Shown here: positions 27,201-40,697 of the stretch, one piece after another
Layout of the letters: each line of letters begins with the position of its first letter
How positions within the stretch are numbered: the stretch's first letter is position 1
Assembly (NCBI RefSeq): GCF_009834535.1
Contig: NC_045697.1
Coordinates: forward strand, 120,654,001-120,718,000
Reading direction: 5' to 3'
Source: Camelus ferus
Taxonomy: Eukaryota
DNA: 64,000 nt
Program-made: the position numbers and the translations under genes
The notes under the pieces: model-generated
Told to the model about the DNA's origin: nothing
What the model saw: the letters and a program-made list of their open reading frames with translations, nothing else
Databases searched by the model: none

Positions 27201-30200
27201 GGAAACAATTGAAATTGCAATTCAAATTTGTAGAACTCACATGCAGAGATTTTTTCTGGGAAAACTTTATGATTTTCGAGTCTGACGTTAGGAAAAATCT
27301 GTGAAATCAGGGTAAATATTTCTAGGTGTATTTATCCCTTGTATGGTGGATGAAAGTTCTGTAATCCACATGCACACAACTGAGTAATGAATGTTTGTCA
27401 AATCCGTGATGCATGTAGCGTGTTCAGAAAATGGAAAGTCACTTTGAGGGAAACTATTTAAATTACAATTCTTCTCGGTAGAACTCGCATGAAGAGTTTT
27501 TTTCTGTGAAAACTTCATGATTTTTGAAACTGAAGTTAGGAAAAAGCTGGGAAAGCAGAGTAAATATTTCTAGGTGTAAATATACCTTGTATGGTGGTGG
27601 AAAGTTCAGAAATCTACATAATCACAACTCAGTAATGAATGATTTCTAAATCCAATATGCATGTAGCGTGTTATGAACACGGAATGTCATGGTAAGTGAA
27701 ACATTGTAAATTTCATGTCTATTGGATAGAACACGATCGAAGAGAATTTTTCTGTGGAAAATGCCTGTATTTCGCAAGTGGCATTAGGACAAATCTGCGA
27801 ACACAGAGAAAAATGTCTAGGTGTATATATGCGGTGTTTGGTGGATGAAAATTTGGTACTCCACATGTTCACAGCTCATTAAAAAATGTTTGTCCAATCC
27901 GTGATCCATGTAGCATGTTCGGAACACAGAATATCACGGTGATAGAAACTTTGTAAATTACATCTGTATTGGGTAGAACTCGTTTCAAAAGCATTTTTCT
28001 GTGAAATCTGCCTCATTTTCAAATCTGACATTAGGTAAACACTTCAAAATCTGAGAAAATGCTTCTAAGTGTCAATATGACTTGTATGGTGGATGAAAGT
28101 TTGGTAATACACACGTTCACCACTCAATAAAGAATGATTGTCGAATCAGTGATGCATTTAGCGTGTTCGGAACATGCAATGTCACGGTGAGAGAAAGCAT
28201 TTAAATTACTTGTCCACTTGGTAGAACTTGCTCCAAAAGCATTTTTCTGTGAAATCTGCCTCATTTTCAAAACTGGCATTAGGAAAATTTCGAATTTTGA
28301 GAAAATGCTTCTAAGTGCCAATATGACTTGTATGGTGATGAAAGTTCAGAAATACACATGCTAAGAAATCTGTAGTGAATAATTTTCAAAACCGAGATGG
28401 ATGCAGTTTTTTAAGAACACAGAATTTGTTGATGAGCGAATCTATGTAAATTACATATCTATTGGGTGGAACAAGTTCCAAGATTATATTTCTTTGAAAA
28501 CTGCCTGATTTCAGAAACTGACGTTAGGAAATATCTGCATATAATTTGTACATATTTCTAGCTGTATATATACAATTATGGTAGATGAAAGTTCAGTAAT
28601 CCACATGCTAACAACTCAGCAGTGAATATTTGTCGAACAGGCGGTGCAAGTAACAAGTTTGAAGCACGGAATTTCACGGCGAGGTACACTATGTAAATTA
28701 AATGTCCAATGTGTAGAACATGCTACAAGACGATTTATCCTGCTATAGTTGCCAGATTTTCTAAACTGCCATTAGGAAAAAGCTGCGAACTCAGAATAAT
28801 GTTTTCTAGGTTTATATATGCTTTATATGGTGGATGAAAATTCTGTAATCTACATGCACACAACTGAGTAACGAATGTTTGTCAAATCCGTGATGAATTT
28901 AGCATGTTCGGACCATGGAAAGTCACTTTGTGGGAAACTACTGAAATTACAATTCTACTGGGTCGAACTCGCTTGCAGAGATTACTTCTGCAAAAACATC
29001 ATGATTTTCAAAACAGACGGTAGGAAAAAGTAGTGAAATCAGAGTAAATATTTCTAGGTGAATTTATGTCTCATATGGTGGATGAAAGTTCTGTAATCCA
29101 CATGCACACAACTGAGTAATTAACGTTTGTCAAATCCGTGATGCATGTAGCATGTTCAGAAAACGGAAAGTCGCTTTGAGGGAAACTGATTAAATTACAA
29201 TTCCTCTGGATAGAACTCGCTTGAAGAGGTTTATTCCTGATATAACTTCATGATTTTAAACCTGAAGTTAGGAAAAAGCTGTGAAAGCAGAGTAAATATT
29301 TCTAGGTGTCAATATGCCTTGTATGGTGGATTAAATTTCGGAAATCCACATGCTCTCTAATCAGTAACGAATGTTTTATAAATCCATTATGCATAGAGCG
29401 TGTTCTGAACAAGGAATGTCATGGTAAGTGAAACATTGTAAATTTCATGTCTGTCTGATAGAACACGCTCGAAGAGAATATTTCTGTGAAAACTGCCTGT
29501 TTTTTGCAACTGGCATTCGGAAAAATCTGCAAACACAGAGAAAATTTCTAGGTGTAAATATGCCGTGTTTGTTGGATGAATATTCGGTAATCAACACGTT
29601 CCCAACTCATTAATCAATGTATGTGGAATCCGTGATCCATATAATGTGTTCAGAACACAGACTATCACGGTGACAGAAACCTTGCAAATTACAAATGTAT
29701 TAGGTAGAACTCGCTCCAAAAGCATTTATCTGTGAAATCTGACTCATTTTCAAAACTGGCATTAGAAAAACACTTCGAAATCTGAGAAAATGATTCTAAG
29801 TGTCAATATGAATTTTATGGTGGATGAAAGTTCAGTAATCCACATGCTAAAAAATTCTGTACTGAATATTTGTCGAAACATTTATGCATGCACCTTTCTC
29901 GGAACACAGAATTTGACGGTGAGTGAACCTATGTAAATTAAATGTCTATTGTGTAGAACTCTTTCCAAGAGCATTTTTCGGTGAATAGTGCCTCATTTTC
30001 TAAACTGGCGTTAGGAAAACTTTCAAAAAATGAGAAAATTCTTGTAAGCGCCATTATGCCTTGTACGGTGGATTAAATTACGGTAATCCACATGCTAAAA
30101 ACTCTGTAGTTAATATTTGTGGAATCCGAGATGCATGTAGCATGTTCAGAACACGGAATTTCACGGTGAGGAAACTTTGTATATTACAAGTCTCTTGGGT

Positions 30201-31051
30201 AGGAATCGCTCCAAAAAGTTTTTGCTGCGTAATCTGCCGCATTTTCAAAACTGGCGTTTGGAAACCTCTGTGAAATCAGAGAAAATGCTTCTAAGTATCA
30301 ATATGCCTTTTATTATGTTGAAAGTTCGATAAACCACATGCAAACACATTTGTAGTGAATATATGTCGAATCCATTATGCATGTAGCGTGTTCGAAAGAC
30401 GTAATTTCACAGCAATGGAATCTATATAAATTACATGCCTAGTGGGTAGAAATCGCTCCAACAGTTTTTCCTTAGAAAAATGCCTAATTTTTAAAACTGC
30501 AATTAGGAAATTGCTGCAAACTCAGAGTTAATGTTTCTAGGTGCAAATATGTCTTGTGTGGTAGATGAAAGTTTGTAATGCACATGCTTACACTCAATAT
30601 AGAATGTTGTAGAATCTGTGATGCATGTAATATATTTGGAACATGGAATGTCTTGGTAACTGGAACTATGTAAATTACAAGTGTATTTGATAGAACTCAC
30701 TCCAAGAGGATTTTTCTGTGAAAAGTCTCTAATGTTCGAAACTGGCATTAAGGAATATCTGCAAATACTTAGTACATGATTCTAGCTGTATATATACATT
30801 GTATGGTAGATGAAAGTACATTAATCCACATGGTAACAACTCAGAACTTAATATTTGTCTAAATGCGGTGCACGTAGCATGTTCGGAGTACGGTATGTCA
30901 CGGCGAGGAGATCTGTTTAAATTACATGTCAGCTGTGTAGAACACTCTATAAGAGAATTATCCTGCAAAGATGCCTGATATTCTAAACTGCAGATAGGAA
31001 AAAGCTGCAAAATCAGAATAATATTTTCAAGGTGTATATATGCATTATATG
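15231..31051 (+). repeat. Four consecutive canonical 16-mer HOR units
   Basis: M1 anchors at 15231, 19188, 23145, 27098 and 31052 (spacings 3957, 3957, 3953, 3954). Confidence 0.96.
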
Positions 31052-34000
31052 GTGGATGAAAGTTCTGTAATTCACAGGCACACAACTGACTAATGAATGT
31101 TTGTCAAATCCGTGATGAATGCAGTGTGTTCGGACAACGGAAAGTCACTTTGTGGGAAACAATTGAAATTGCAATTGTAATGGGTAGAACTCACATGCAG
31201 AGATTTTTTCTGGGAAAACTTTATGATTTTCGAGACTGAAGTTAGGAAAAATCTGTGAAATCAGGGTAAATATTTCTAGGTGTATTTATGCCTTGTATGG
31301 TGGATGAAAGTTCTGTAATCCACATGCACACAACTGAGTAATGAATGTTTGTCAAATCCGTGATGCATGTAGCGTGTTCAGAAAATGGAAAGTCACTTTG
31401 AGGGAAACTATTTAAATTACAATTCTACTGAGTAGAACTCGCATGAAGAGGTTTTTTCTGTGAAAACTTCATGATTTTTGTAACTGAAGTTAGGAAAAAG
31501 CTGGGAAAGCAGAGTAAATACTTCTAGGTGTAAATATACCTTGTATGGTGGTTGATAGTTCAGAAATCCACATGCTCACAACTCAGTAATGAATGATATC
31601 TTAATCCAATATGCATGTAGCGTATTATGAACACGATATGTCATGGTAAGTGAATCATTGTAAATTTCATGTCTATTGGATAGAACACGATCGAAGAGAA
31701 TTTTTCTGTGAAAACTGCCTGTATTTTGCAAGTGGCATTAGGACAAATCTGCGAACACAGAGAAAAATGACTAGGTGTAAATATGCAGTGTTTGGTGGAT
31801 GAAAGTTTGGTATTCCACATGTTCACAGCTTATTAAAAAATGTTTGTCCAATCCGTGATCCATGTAGCGTGTTTTGAACACAGAATATCACGGTGATAGA
31901 AACTTTGTAAATTACATGTGTATTTGGTAGAACTCGTTCCAAAAGCATTATTCTGTGAAATTGGTCTCATTTTCCAATCTGACATTAGGAAAACACTTCA
32001 AAATCTGAGAAAATATTTCTAAGTGTCAATATGACTTGTTTGGTGGATGAAAGTTTGGTAATAAACACGTTCACCACTCAATAAATGATGATTGTCGAAT
32101 CAGTGGTGCATGTAGCGTGTTCGGATCATGCAATGTCACGGTGATTGAAAGCATTTAAATTACTTGTCCACTTGGTAGAACTTGCTCCAAAAGGATTTTT
32201 TTGTGAAATCTGCCTCATTTTCAAAACTGGCATTAGGAAAAATTCGAATTTTGAGAAAATGCTTCTAAGTGCCAATATGACATGTATGGTGATGAAAGTT
32301 TAGAAATACACATGCTAACAAATCTGTAGTGAATATTTTTTGAAACCTTGATGCATGCAGTTTTTTCAGAACACAGAATTTGACGATGAGCTAATCTATG
32401 TAAATTACATGTCTATTGGTTGGAACAAGTTCCAAGAGTATATTTCTTTGAAAACAGCCTGATTTCAGAAACTGATGTTAGGAAAAATCTGCATATAATT
32501 TGTACATGTTTGTAGCTGTATATACACATTATATGGTAGATGAAAGTTCAGTAATCCACATGCTACCTACTCAGCAGTGAGTATTTGTCGAACCTGCTGT
32601 GCAAGTAGCAAGTTTGAAGCACGGAATTTCACTGGCGAGGGACTCTATGTAAATTAAATGTCCGATGTGCAGAACATGCTACAAGACATTTATCCTGCTA
32701 TAGTTGCCAGATTTTCTAAACTACCATTAGGAAAAAGCTGCGAACTCACAATAATATTTTCTAGGTTTATATATGCCTTATATGGTGGATGAAAATTCTG
32801 TAATCTACATGCACACAACTGAGTAACGAATGTTTGTCAAATCCGTGATGAATTTCGCATGTTCGGACCATGGAGAGTCACTTTGTGGGAAACTACTGAA
32901 ATAATAATTCTACTGGGTCGAACTCTCTTGCAGAGATTACTTCTGCAAACACATCATGATTTTCAAAACAGACGGTAGGAAAAAGTAGTGAAATCAGAGT
33001 AAATATTTCTAGGTGTATTTATGTCTCATATGGTGGATGAAAGTTCTGTAATCCACATGCACACAACTGAGTAATTAACGTTTGTCAAATCCGTGATGCA
33101 TGTAGCGTGTTCAGAAAATGGAAAGTCACTTTGAGGGAAACAATTTAAATTACAATTCTACTGAGTAGAACTCGCATGAAGAGTTTTTTTCTGAGAAAAC
33201 TTCATGATTTTTGTAACTGAAGTTAGGAAAAAGCTCGGAAAGCAGAGTAAATATTTCTAGGTGTAAATATACCCTGTATGGTTGTGGAAAGATCAGAAAT
33301 CCACATGCTCACAACTCAGTAATGAATGATATCTTAATCAAATATGCATGTAGCGTGTTATGAACACGGAATATCATGGTAAGTGAAACATTGTAAATTT
33401 CATGTCTATTGGATAGAACACGATCTAAGAGTATTTTTCTGTGAAAACTGCCTGTATTTTGCAAGTGGCATTAGGACAAATCTGCGAACACAGAGACAAA
33501 TATCTAGGTGTAAATATGCAGTGTTTAGTGGATGAAAGTTTGGTATTACACATGTTCACAGCTCATTAAAAAATGTTTGTCCAATCCGTGATCCATGTAG
33601 CGTGTTCGGAACACAGAATATCACGGTGATAGAAACTTTGTAAATTACATGTGTATTGGGTAGAACTCGTTCCAAAAGCATTATTCTGTGATATCTGCCT
33701 CATTTTCAAATCTGACATTAGGAAAACACGTCAAAATTTGAGAAAATGCTTCTAAGTGTCAATATGACTTGTATGGTGGATGAAAGTTTGGTAATAAACA
33801 CCTTCACAACTCAATAAATAATGTTTGTCGAATCAGTGATGCATGTAGCGTGTTCGGAACATTAAATGTCATGGTGAGTGAAAGCATTTAAATTACATGT
33901 CCACTTGGTAGAACTTGCTCCAAAAGCATTTTTCTGTGAAATCTGCCTCATTTTCCAAACTGGCATTAGGAAAAAATTCGAATTTTGAGAAAATGCTTCT

Positions 34001-36738
34001 AAGTGCCAATATGAATATTATGGTGATGAAAGTTCAGTAATACACATGCTAACATATCTGTAGTGAATATTTTTTGAAACCATGATGCATGCACTTTTTT
34101 CAGAACACAGAATTTGACGATGAGCGAATCTCTGTAAATTACATGTCTATTGGTAGGAACAAGTTCCAAGAGTATATTTCTTTGGAAACTGCCTGAGTTC
34201 AGAAACTGACGTTAGGAAAAATCTGCATATACTTTGTACATGTTTCTAGCTGTATATACACATTTTATGGTAGATGAAAGTTCAGTAATGCACATGCTAA
34301 CAACTCAGCAGTGAATAATTGTCGAACCTGCAGTGCAAGTAGCAAGTTTGAAGCACGGAAATTCACGGCGAGGGACACTATGTAAATTATGTTCCAATGT
34401 GTAGAACATGCTAAAACAGATTTATCCTGCTATAGTTGCCAGATATTATGAAATGCAATTAAGAAAAATCTGTGAACTCAGAATAATGTTTTCTAGATAT
34501 ATATGCCTTATATGGCGGATGAAATTTCTGTAATCTACATGCACACAACTGAGTAACGAATGTTTGTCAAATCCGTGGTGAATTTAGCATGTTCGGACCA
34601 TGGAAAGTCACTTTATGGGGAACTATTGTAATTACAATTCTAATGGGTCGAACTCGCTTGCAGAGATTACTTCTGCAAAAACATCATGATTTTCAAAACT
34701 GACGGTAGGGAAAAGTAGTGAAATCAGAGTAAATATTTCTAGGTGTATATATGTCTCATATGGTGGATGAAAGTTCTGTAATCCACATGCACACAACTGA
34801 GTAATTACCTTTTGTCAAATCCGTGATGCATGTAGCATGTTCAGAAAACGGAAAGTCGCTTTGAGGGAAACTGCTTAAATTACAATTCCTCTGGATAGAA
34901 CTCGCTTGAAGAGGTTTTTTCCTGAGAAAGCTTCATGATTTTAAAACCTGAAGTTAGGAAAAAGCTGTGAAAGCAGAGTAAATATTTCTAGGTGTAAATA
35001 TGCCTTGTATGGTGGATTAAATTTCGGAAATCCACATGCTCTTTAATCAGTAATGAATATTTTATAAGTCCATTATGCATAGAGCGTGTTCTGAACAGGG
35101 AATGTCATGGTAGGTGAAACATTGTAAATTTCATGTCTGTCTGATAGAACACGCTCGAAGAGAATTTTTCTGTGAAAACTGCCTGTTTTTTGCAACTGGA
35201 ATTCGGACAAATCTGCAAACACAGAGAAAAATTTCTAGGTGTAAATATGCCGTGTTTGTTGGATGAATGTTCGGAAATCAACACGTTCCCAACTCATTAA
35301 TCAATGTTTGTCGAATCCGTGATCTATGTAATGTGTTCGGAACACAGACTATCACGGTAATAGAAACCTTGCAAATTACACATGTATTAGGTAGAACTCG
35401 CTCCAAAAGCATTTATCTGCGAAATCTGCCTCATTTTCAAACTGGCATTAGAAAAACACTTCGAAATCTGAGAAAATGATTCTAAGTGTCAATATGAATT
35501 GTATGGTGGATGAAAGTTCAGTAATCCACATGCTAAAAAATTCTGTAGTGAATATTTGTCGAAACTGTTATGCATGCAGCTTTCTCGGAACACAGAATTT
35601 GACGGTGAGCGAACCTATGTAAATTAAATGTCTATTGTGTGGAACTCTCTCCTAGAGCATTTTTCGGTGAAAACTGCATCATTTTCGAAACTGGCGTTAG
35701 GAAAACTTTCAAAAAATGAGAAAATACTTGTAAGCGACATTATGCCTTGTATGGTGGATAAAATTATAGTAATCCACATGCTAACAACTCTGTAGTTAAT
35801 ATTTGTGGAAACCGAGATGCATGAAGCATGTTCAGAACACGGGATTTCACGGTGAGCGAATCTTTGTAAATTACAAGTCTCTTGGGTAGAACTCGCTCCA
35901 AGAGCTTTTTGCTGCGAAATCTGCTGCATTTCTAAACTGGCGTTTGGAAAACTCTGTGAAATCAGAGAAAATGCTTCTAAGTATCAATATGCCTTTTATT
36001 ATGCTGAAAGTTCGGTAATCCACATGCAAACACATTTGTAGTGAATATATGTCGAATCCGTTATGCATGTAGCGTGTTCGAAAGACGTAATTTCACAGCA
36101 ATGGAATCTATGTAAATTACATGCCTAGTGGGTAGAAATCGCTCCAACAGTTTTTTCCTTAGAAAAATGCCTAATTTTCAAAACTGCTATTAGGAAATTG
36201 CTGCGAACTCAGAGTTAATGTTTCTAGGTGCAAATATGTCTTGTGTGGTAGATGAAAGTTTGTAATGCACATGCTTACACTCAATATAGAATGTTGTAGA
36301 ATCTGTGATGCATGTAATGTTTTCAGAACACGGAATGTCATGGTAAGTGAAACTATGTAAATTACAAGTGTATTGGATAGAACTCACTCCAAGAGGATTT
36401 TTCTGTGAAAACTGTCTTATTTTCGAAACTGGCATTAAGAAATATCTGCAAATACTGAGTACATGCTTCTAGCTGTATATATACATTGTATGGTAGATGA
36501 AAGTACATTAATCCACATGCTAACAACTCAGCACTTAATATTTGTCGAACTGCGGTGCATGTAGCATTTTCGGAACACGGTATGTCACGGCGAGGAGATC
36601 TATGTAAATTACATGTCTACTGTGTAGAACACTCTACAAGAGAATTATCCTGCAAAGTTGCCTGATATTCTAAACTGCAGTTAGGAAAAAGCTGCAAAAT
36701 CAGAATAATATTTTCAAGGTGTATATATGCATTATATG
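31052..36738 (+). repeat. 23-mer HOR variant (5687 bp): 16-mer plus an internal 7-monomer duplication
   Basis: M1-to-M1 distance 5687 bp, about 23 x 247. M9/M2 hybrid monomer at ~33033; M3-M8 are present twice. Confidence 0.93.
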
Positions 36739-39700
36739 GTGGATGAAAGTTCTGTAATTCACAGGCACACAACTGACTAATGAATGTTTGTCAAATCCGT
36801 GATGAATGCAGTGTGTTCCGACCACGGAAAGTCACTTTGTGGGAAACAATTGAAATTGCAATTCTAATGGGTAGAACACACATGCAGAGATATTTTCTGG
36901 GAAAACTTTATGATTTTCGAGACTGACGTTAGGAAAAATCTGTGAAATCAGGGTAAATATTTCTAGGTGTATTTATGCCTTGTATGGTGGATGAAAGTTC
37001 TGTAATCCACATGCACACAACTGAGTAATGAATGTTTGTCAAATCCGTGATGCATGTAGCGTGTTCAGAAAATGGAAAGTCACTTTGAGGGAAACTATTT
37101 AAATTACAATTCTACTGGGTAGAACTCGCATGAAGAGGTTTTTTCTGTGAAAACTTCATGATTTTTGAAACTGAAGTTAGGAAAAAGCTGGGAAAGCAGA
37201 GTAAATATTTCTAGGTGTAAATATACCTTGTATGGTGGTGGAAAGTTCAGAAATCCACATGCTCACAACTCAGTAATGAATGATTTCTAAATCCAATATG
37301 CATGTAGCGTGTTATGAACACGGAATGTCATGGTAAGTGAAACATTGTAAATTCATGTCTATTGGATAGAACACGATCGAAGAGAATTTTTCTGTGAAAA
37401 CTGCCTGTATTTCGCAAGTGGCATTAGGACAAATCTGCGAACACAGAGAAAAATGTCTAGGTGTAAATATGCAGTGTTTGGTGGATGAAAGTTTGGTACT
37501 CCACATGTTCAGAGCTCATTAAAAAATGTTTGTCCAATCCGTGATCCATGTATCGTGTTCGGAACACAGAATATCACGGTGATAGAAACTTTGTAAATTA
37601 CATGTGTATTGGGTAGAACTCGTTTCAAAAGCATTTTTCTGTGAAATCTGCCTCATTTTCAAATCTGACATTAGGTAAACACTTCAAAATCTGAGAAAAT
37701 GCTTCTAAGTGTCAATATGACTTGTATGGTGGATGAAAGTTCGGTAATACACACGTTCACCACTCAATAAAGAATGTTTGTCGAATCAGTGATGCATGTA
37801 GCATGTTCGGAACATGCAATGTCACGGTGAGTGAAAGCATTTAAATTACATGTCCACTTGGTAGAACTTGCTGCAAAAGCATTTTTCTGTGAAATCTGCC
37901 TCATTTTCCAAACTGGCATTAGGAAAAAATTCGAATTTTGAGAAAATGCTTCTAAGTGCCAATATGACTTGTATGGTGATGAAAGTTCAGAAATACACAT
38001 GCAAACAAACCTGTAGTGAATACTTTTTGAAACCGTGATGCATGCAGTTTTTTAAGAACACAGAATTTGACGATGAGCGAATCTCTGTAAATTACATGAC
38101 TATTGGGTGGAACAAGTTCCAAGAGTATATTTCTTTGAAAACTGCCTGATTTCAGAAACTGACGTTAGGAAAAATCTGCATATATTTGTACATGTTTCTA
38201 GCTGTATATACACATTTTATGGTAGATGAAAGTTCAGTAATCCACATGCTAACAACTCAGCAGTGAATATTTGTCGAACCTGCGGTGCAAGTAGCAAGTT
38301 TGAAGCACGGAATTTCACGGCGAGGGACTCTATGTAAATTTTATGTCCAATGTGTAGAACATGCTACAAGAGATTTATCCTGCTATAGTTGCCAGATTTT
38401 CTAAACTGCCATTAGGAAAAAGCTGCGAACTCAGAATAATGTTTTCTAGGTTTATATATGCCTTATATGGTGGATGAAAATTCTGTAATCTACATGCACA
38501 CAACTGAGTAACGAATGTTTGTCAAATCCGTGATGAATTTAGCATGTTCGGACCATGGAAAGTCACTTTGTGGGAAACTACTGAAATTACAATTCTACTG
38601 GGTCGAACTCGCTTGCAGAGATTACTTATGCAATAACATCATGATTTTCAAAACAGACGGTAGGAAAAAGTAGTGAAATCAGAGTAAATATTTCTAGGTG
38701 TATATATGTCTCATATGGTGGATGAAAGTTCTGTAATCCACATGCACACAACTGAGTAATTAACGTTTGTCAAATCCGTGATGCATGTAGCATGTTCAGA
38801 AAACGGAAAGTCGCTTTGAGGGAAACTGCTTAAATTACAATTCCTCTGGATAGAACTCGCTTGAAGAGGTTTTTCCTGAGAAAACTTCATGATTTTAAAA
38901 CCTGAAGTTAGGAAAAAGCTGTGAAAGCAGAGTAAATATTTCTAGGTGTAAATATGCCTTGTATGGTGGATTAAATTTCGGAAATCCACATGCTCTCTAA
39001 TCAGTAATGAATGTTTTATAAATCCATTATGCATAGAGCGTGTTCTGAACAGGGAATGTCATGGTAGGTGAAACATTGTAAATTTCATGTCTGTCTGATA
39101 GAACACGCTCGAAGAGAATTTTTCTGTGAAAACTGCCTGTTTTTTGCAACTGGCATTCGGACAAATCTGCAAACACAGAGAAAAATTTCTAGGTGTAAAT
39201 ATGCCGTGTTTGTTGGATGAATGTTCGGAAATCAACACGTTCCCAACTCATTAATCAATGTTTGTCGAATCCGTGATCTATGTAATGTGTTCGGAACACA
39301 GACTATCACGGTAATAGAAACCTTGCAAATTACACATGTATTAGGTAGAACTCGCTCCAAAAGCATTTATCTGCGAAATCTGCCTCATTTTCAAAACTGG
39401 CATTAGAAAAACACTTCGAAATTTGAGAAAATGATTCTAAGTGTCAATATGAATTGTATGGTGGATGAAAGTTCAGTAATCCACATGCTAAAAAATTCTG
39501 TAGTGAATATTTGTCGAAAATGTTATGCATGCAGCTTTCTCGGAACACAGAATTTGACGGTGAGCGAACCTATGTAAATTAAATGTCTATTCGTGTAGAA
39601 CTCTCTCCAAGAGCATTTTTCGGTGAAAACTGCCTCATTTTCGAAACTGGCATTAGGAAAATTTTCAAAAAATGAGAAAATGCTTGTAAGCGCCATTATG

Positions 39701-40697
39701 CCTTGTATGGTAGATAAAAATATGGTAATTCCACATGCTAACAACTCTGTATTGAAAATTTGTGGAATCCGAGATGCATGTAGCCTGTTCAGAACACGGA
39801 ATTTCACGGTGAGCAAATCTTTGTAAATTACAATTCTCTTGGGAAGAACTCGCTCCAAGAGCTTTTTGCTGTGAAATCTGCTGCATTTTGGAATCTGGCG
39901 ATTGGAAACCTCTGTGAAATCAGAGAAAATGCTTCTAAGTATCAATATGCCTTTTATTATGCTGAAAGTTCGGTAATCCACATGCAAACACATTTGTAGT
40001 GAATATATGTCGAATCCGTTATGCATGTAGCGTGTTCGAAAGACGTAATTTCACAGCAATGGAATCTATGTAAATTACATGCCTAGTGAGTAGAAATCGC
40101 TCCAACAGTTTTTTCCTTCGAAAAATGCCTAATTTTCAAAACTGCTATTAGGAAATTGCTGCGAACTCAGAGTTAATGTTTCTAGGTGCAAATATGTCTT
40201 GTGTGGTAGATGAAAGTTTGTAATGCACATGCTTACACTCAATATAGAATGTTGTAGAATCTGTGATGCATGTAATGTTTTCAGAACACGGAATGTCATG
40301 GTAAGTGAAACTATGTAAATTACAAGTGTATTGGATAGAACTCACTCCAAGAGGATTTTTCTGTGAAAACTGTCTTATTTTCGAAACTGGCATTAAGAAA
40401 TATCTGCAAATACTGAGTACATGCTTCTAGCTGTATATATACATTGTATGGTAGATGAAAGTACATTAATCCACATGCTAACAACTCAGCACTTAATATT
40501 TGTCGAACTGCGGTGCATGTAGCATTTTCGGAACACGGTATGTCACTGGCGAGGAGATCTATGTAAATTACATGTCTACTGTGTAGAACACTCTACAAGA
40601 GAATTATCCTGCAAAGTTGCCTGATATTCTAAACTGCAGTTAGGAAAAAGCTGCAAAATCAGAATAATATTTTCAAGGTGTATATATGCATTATATG
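36739..40697 (+). repeat. Canonical 16-mer HOR unit (3959 bp)
   Basis: M1 anchors at 36739 and 40698. Confidence 0.95.

Noticed and set aside
36565..36585. CENP-B-box-like TTCGGAACACGG
   Set aside because: TTCG-N4-A is present, but the required N2-CGGG does not follow. It does not fit NTTCGNNNNANNCGGGN.
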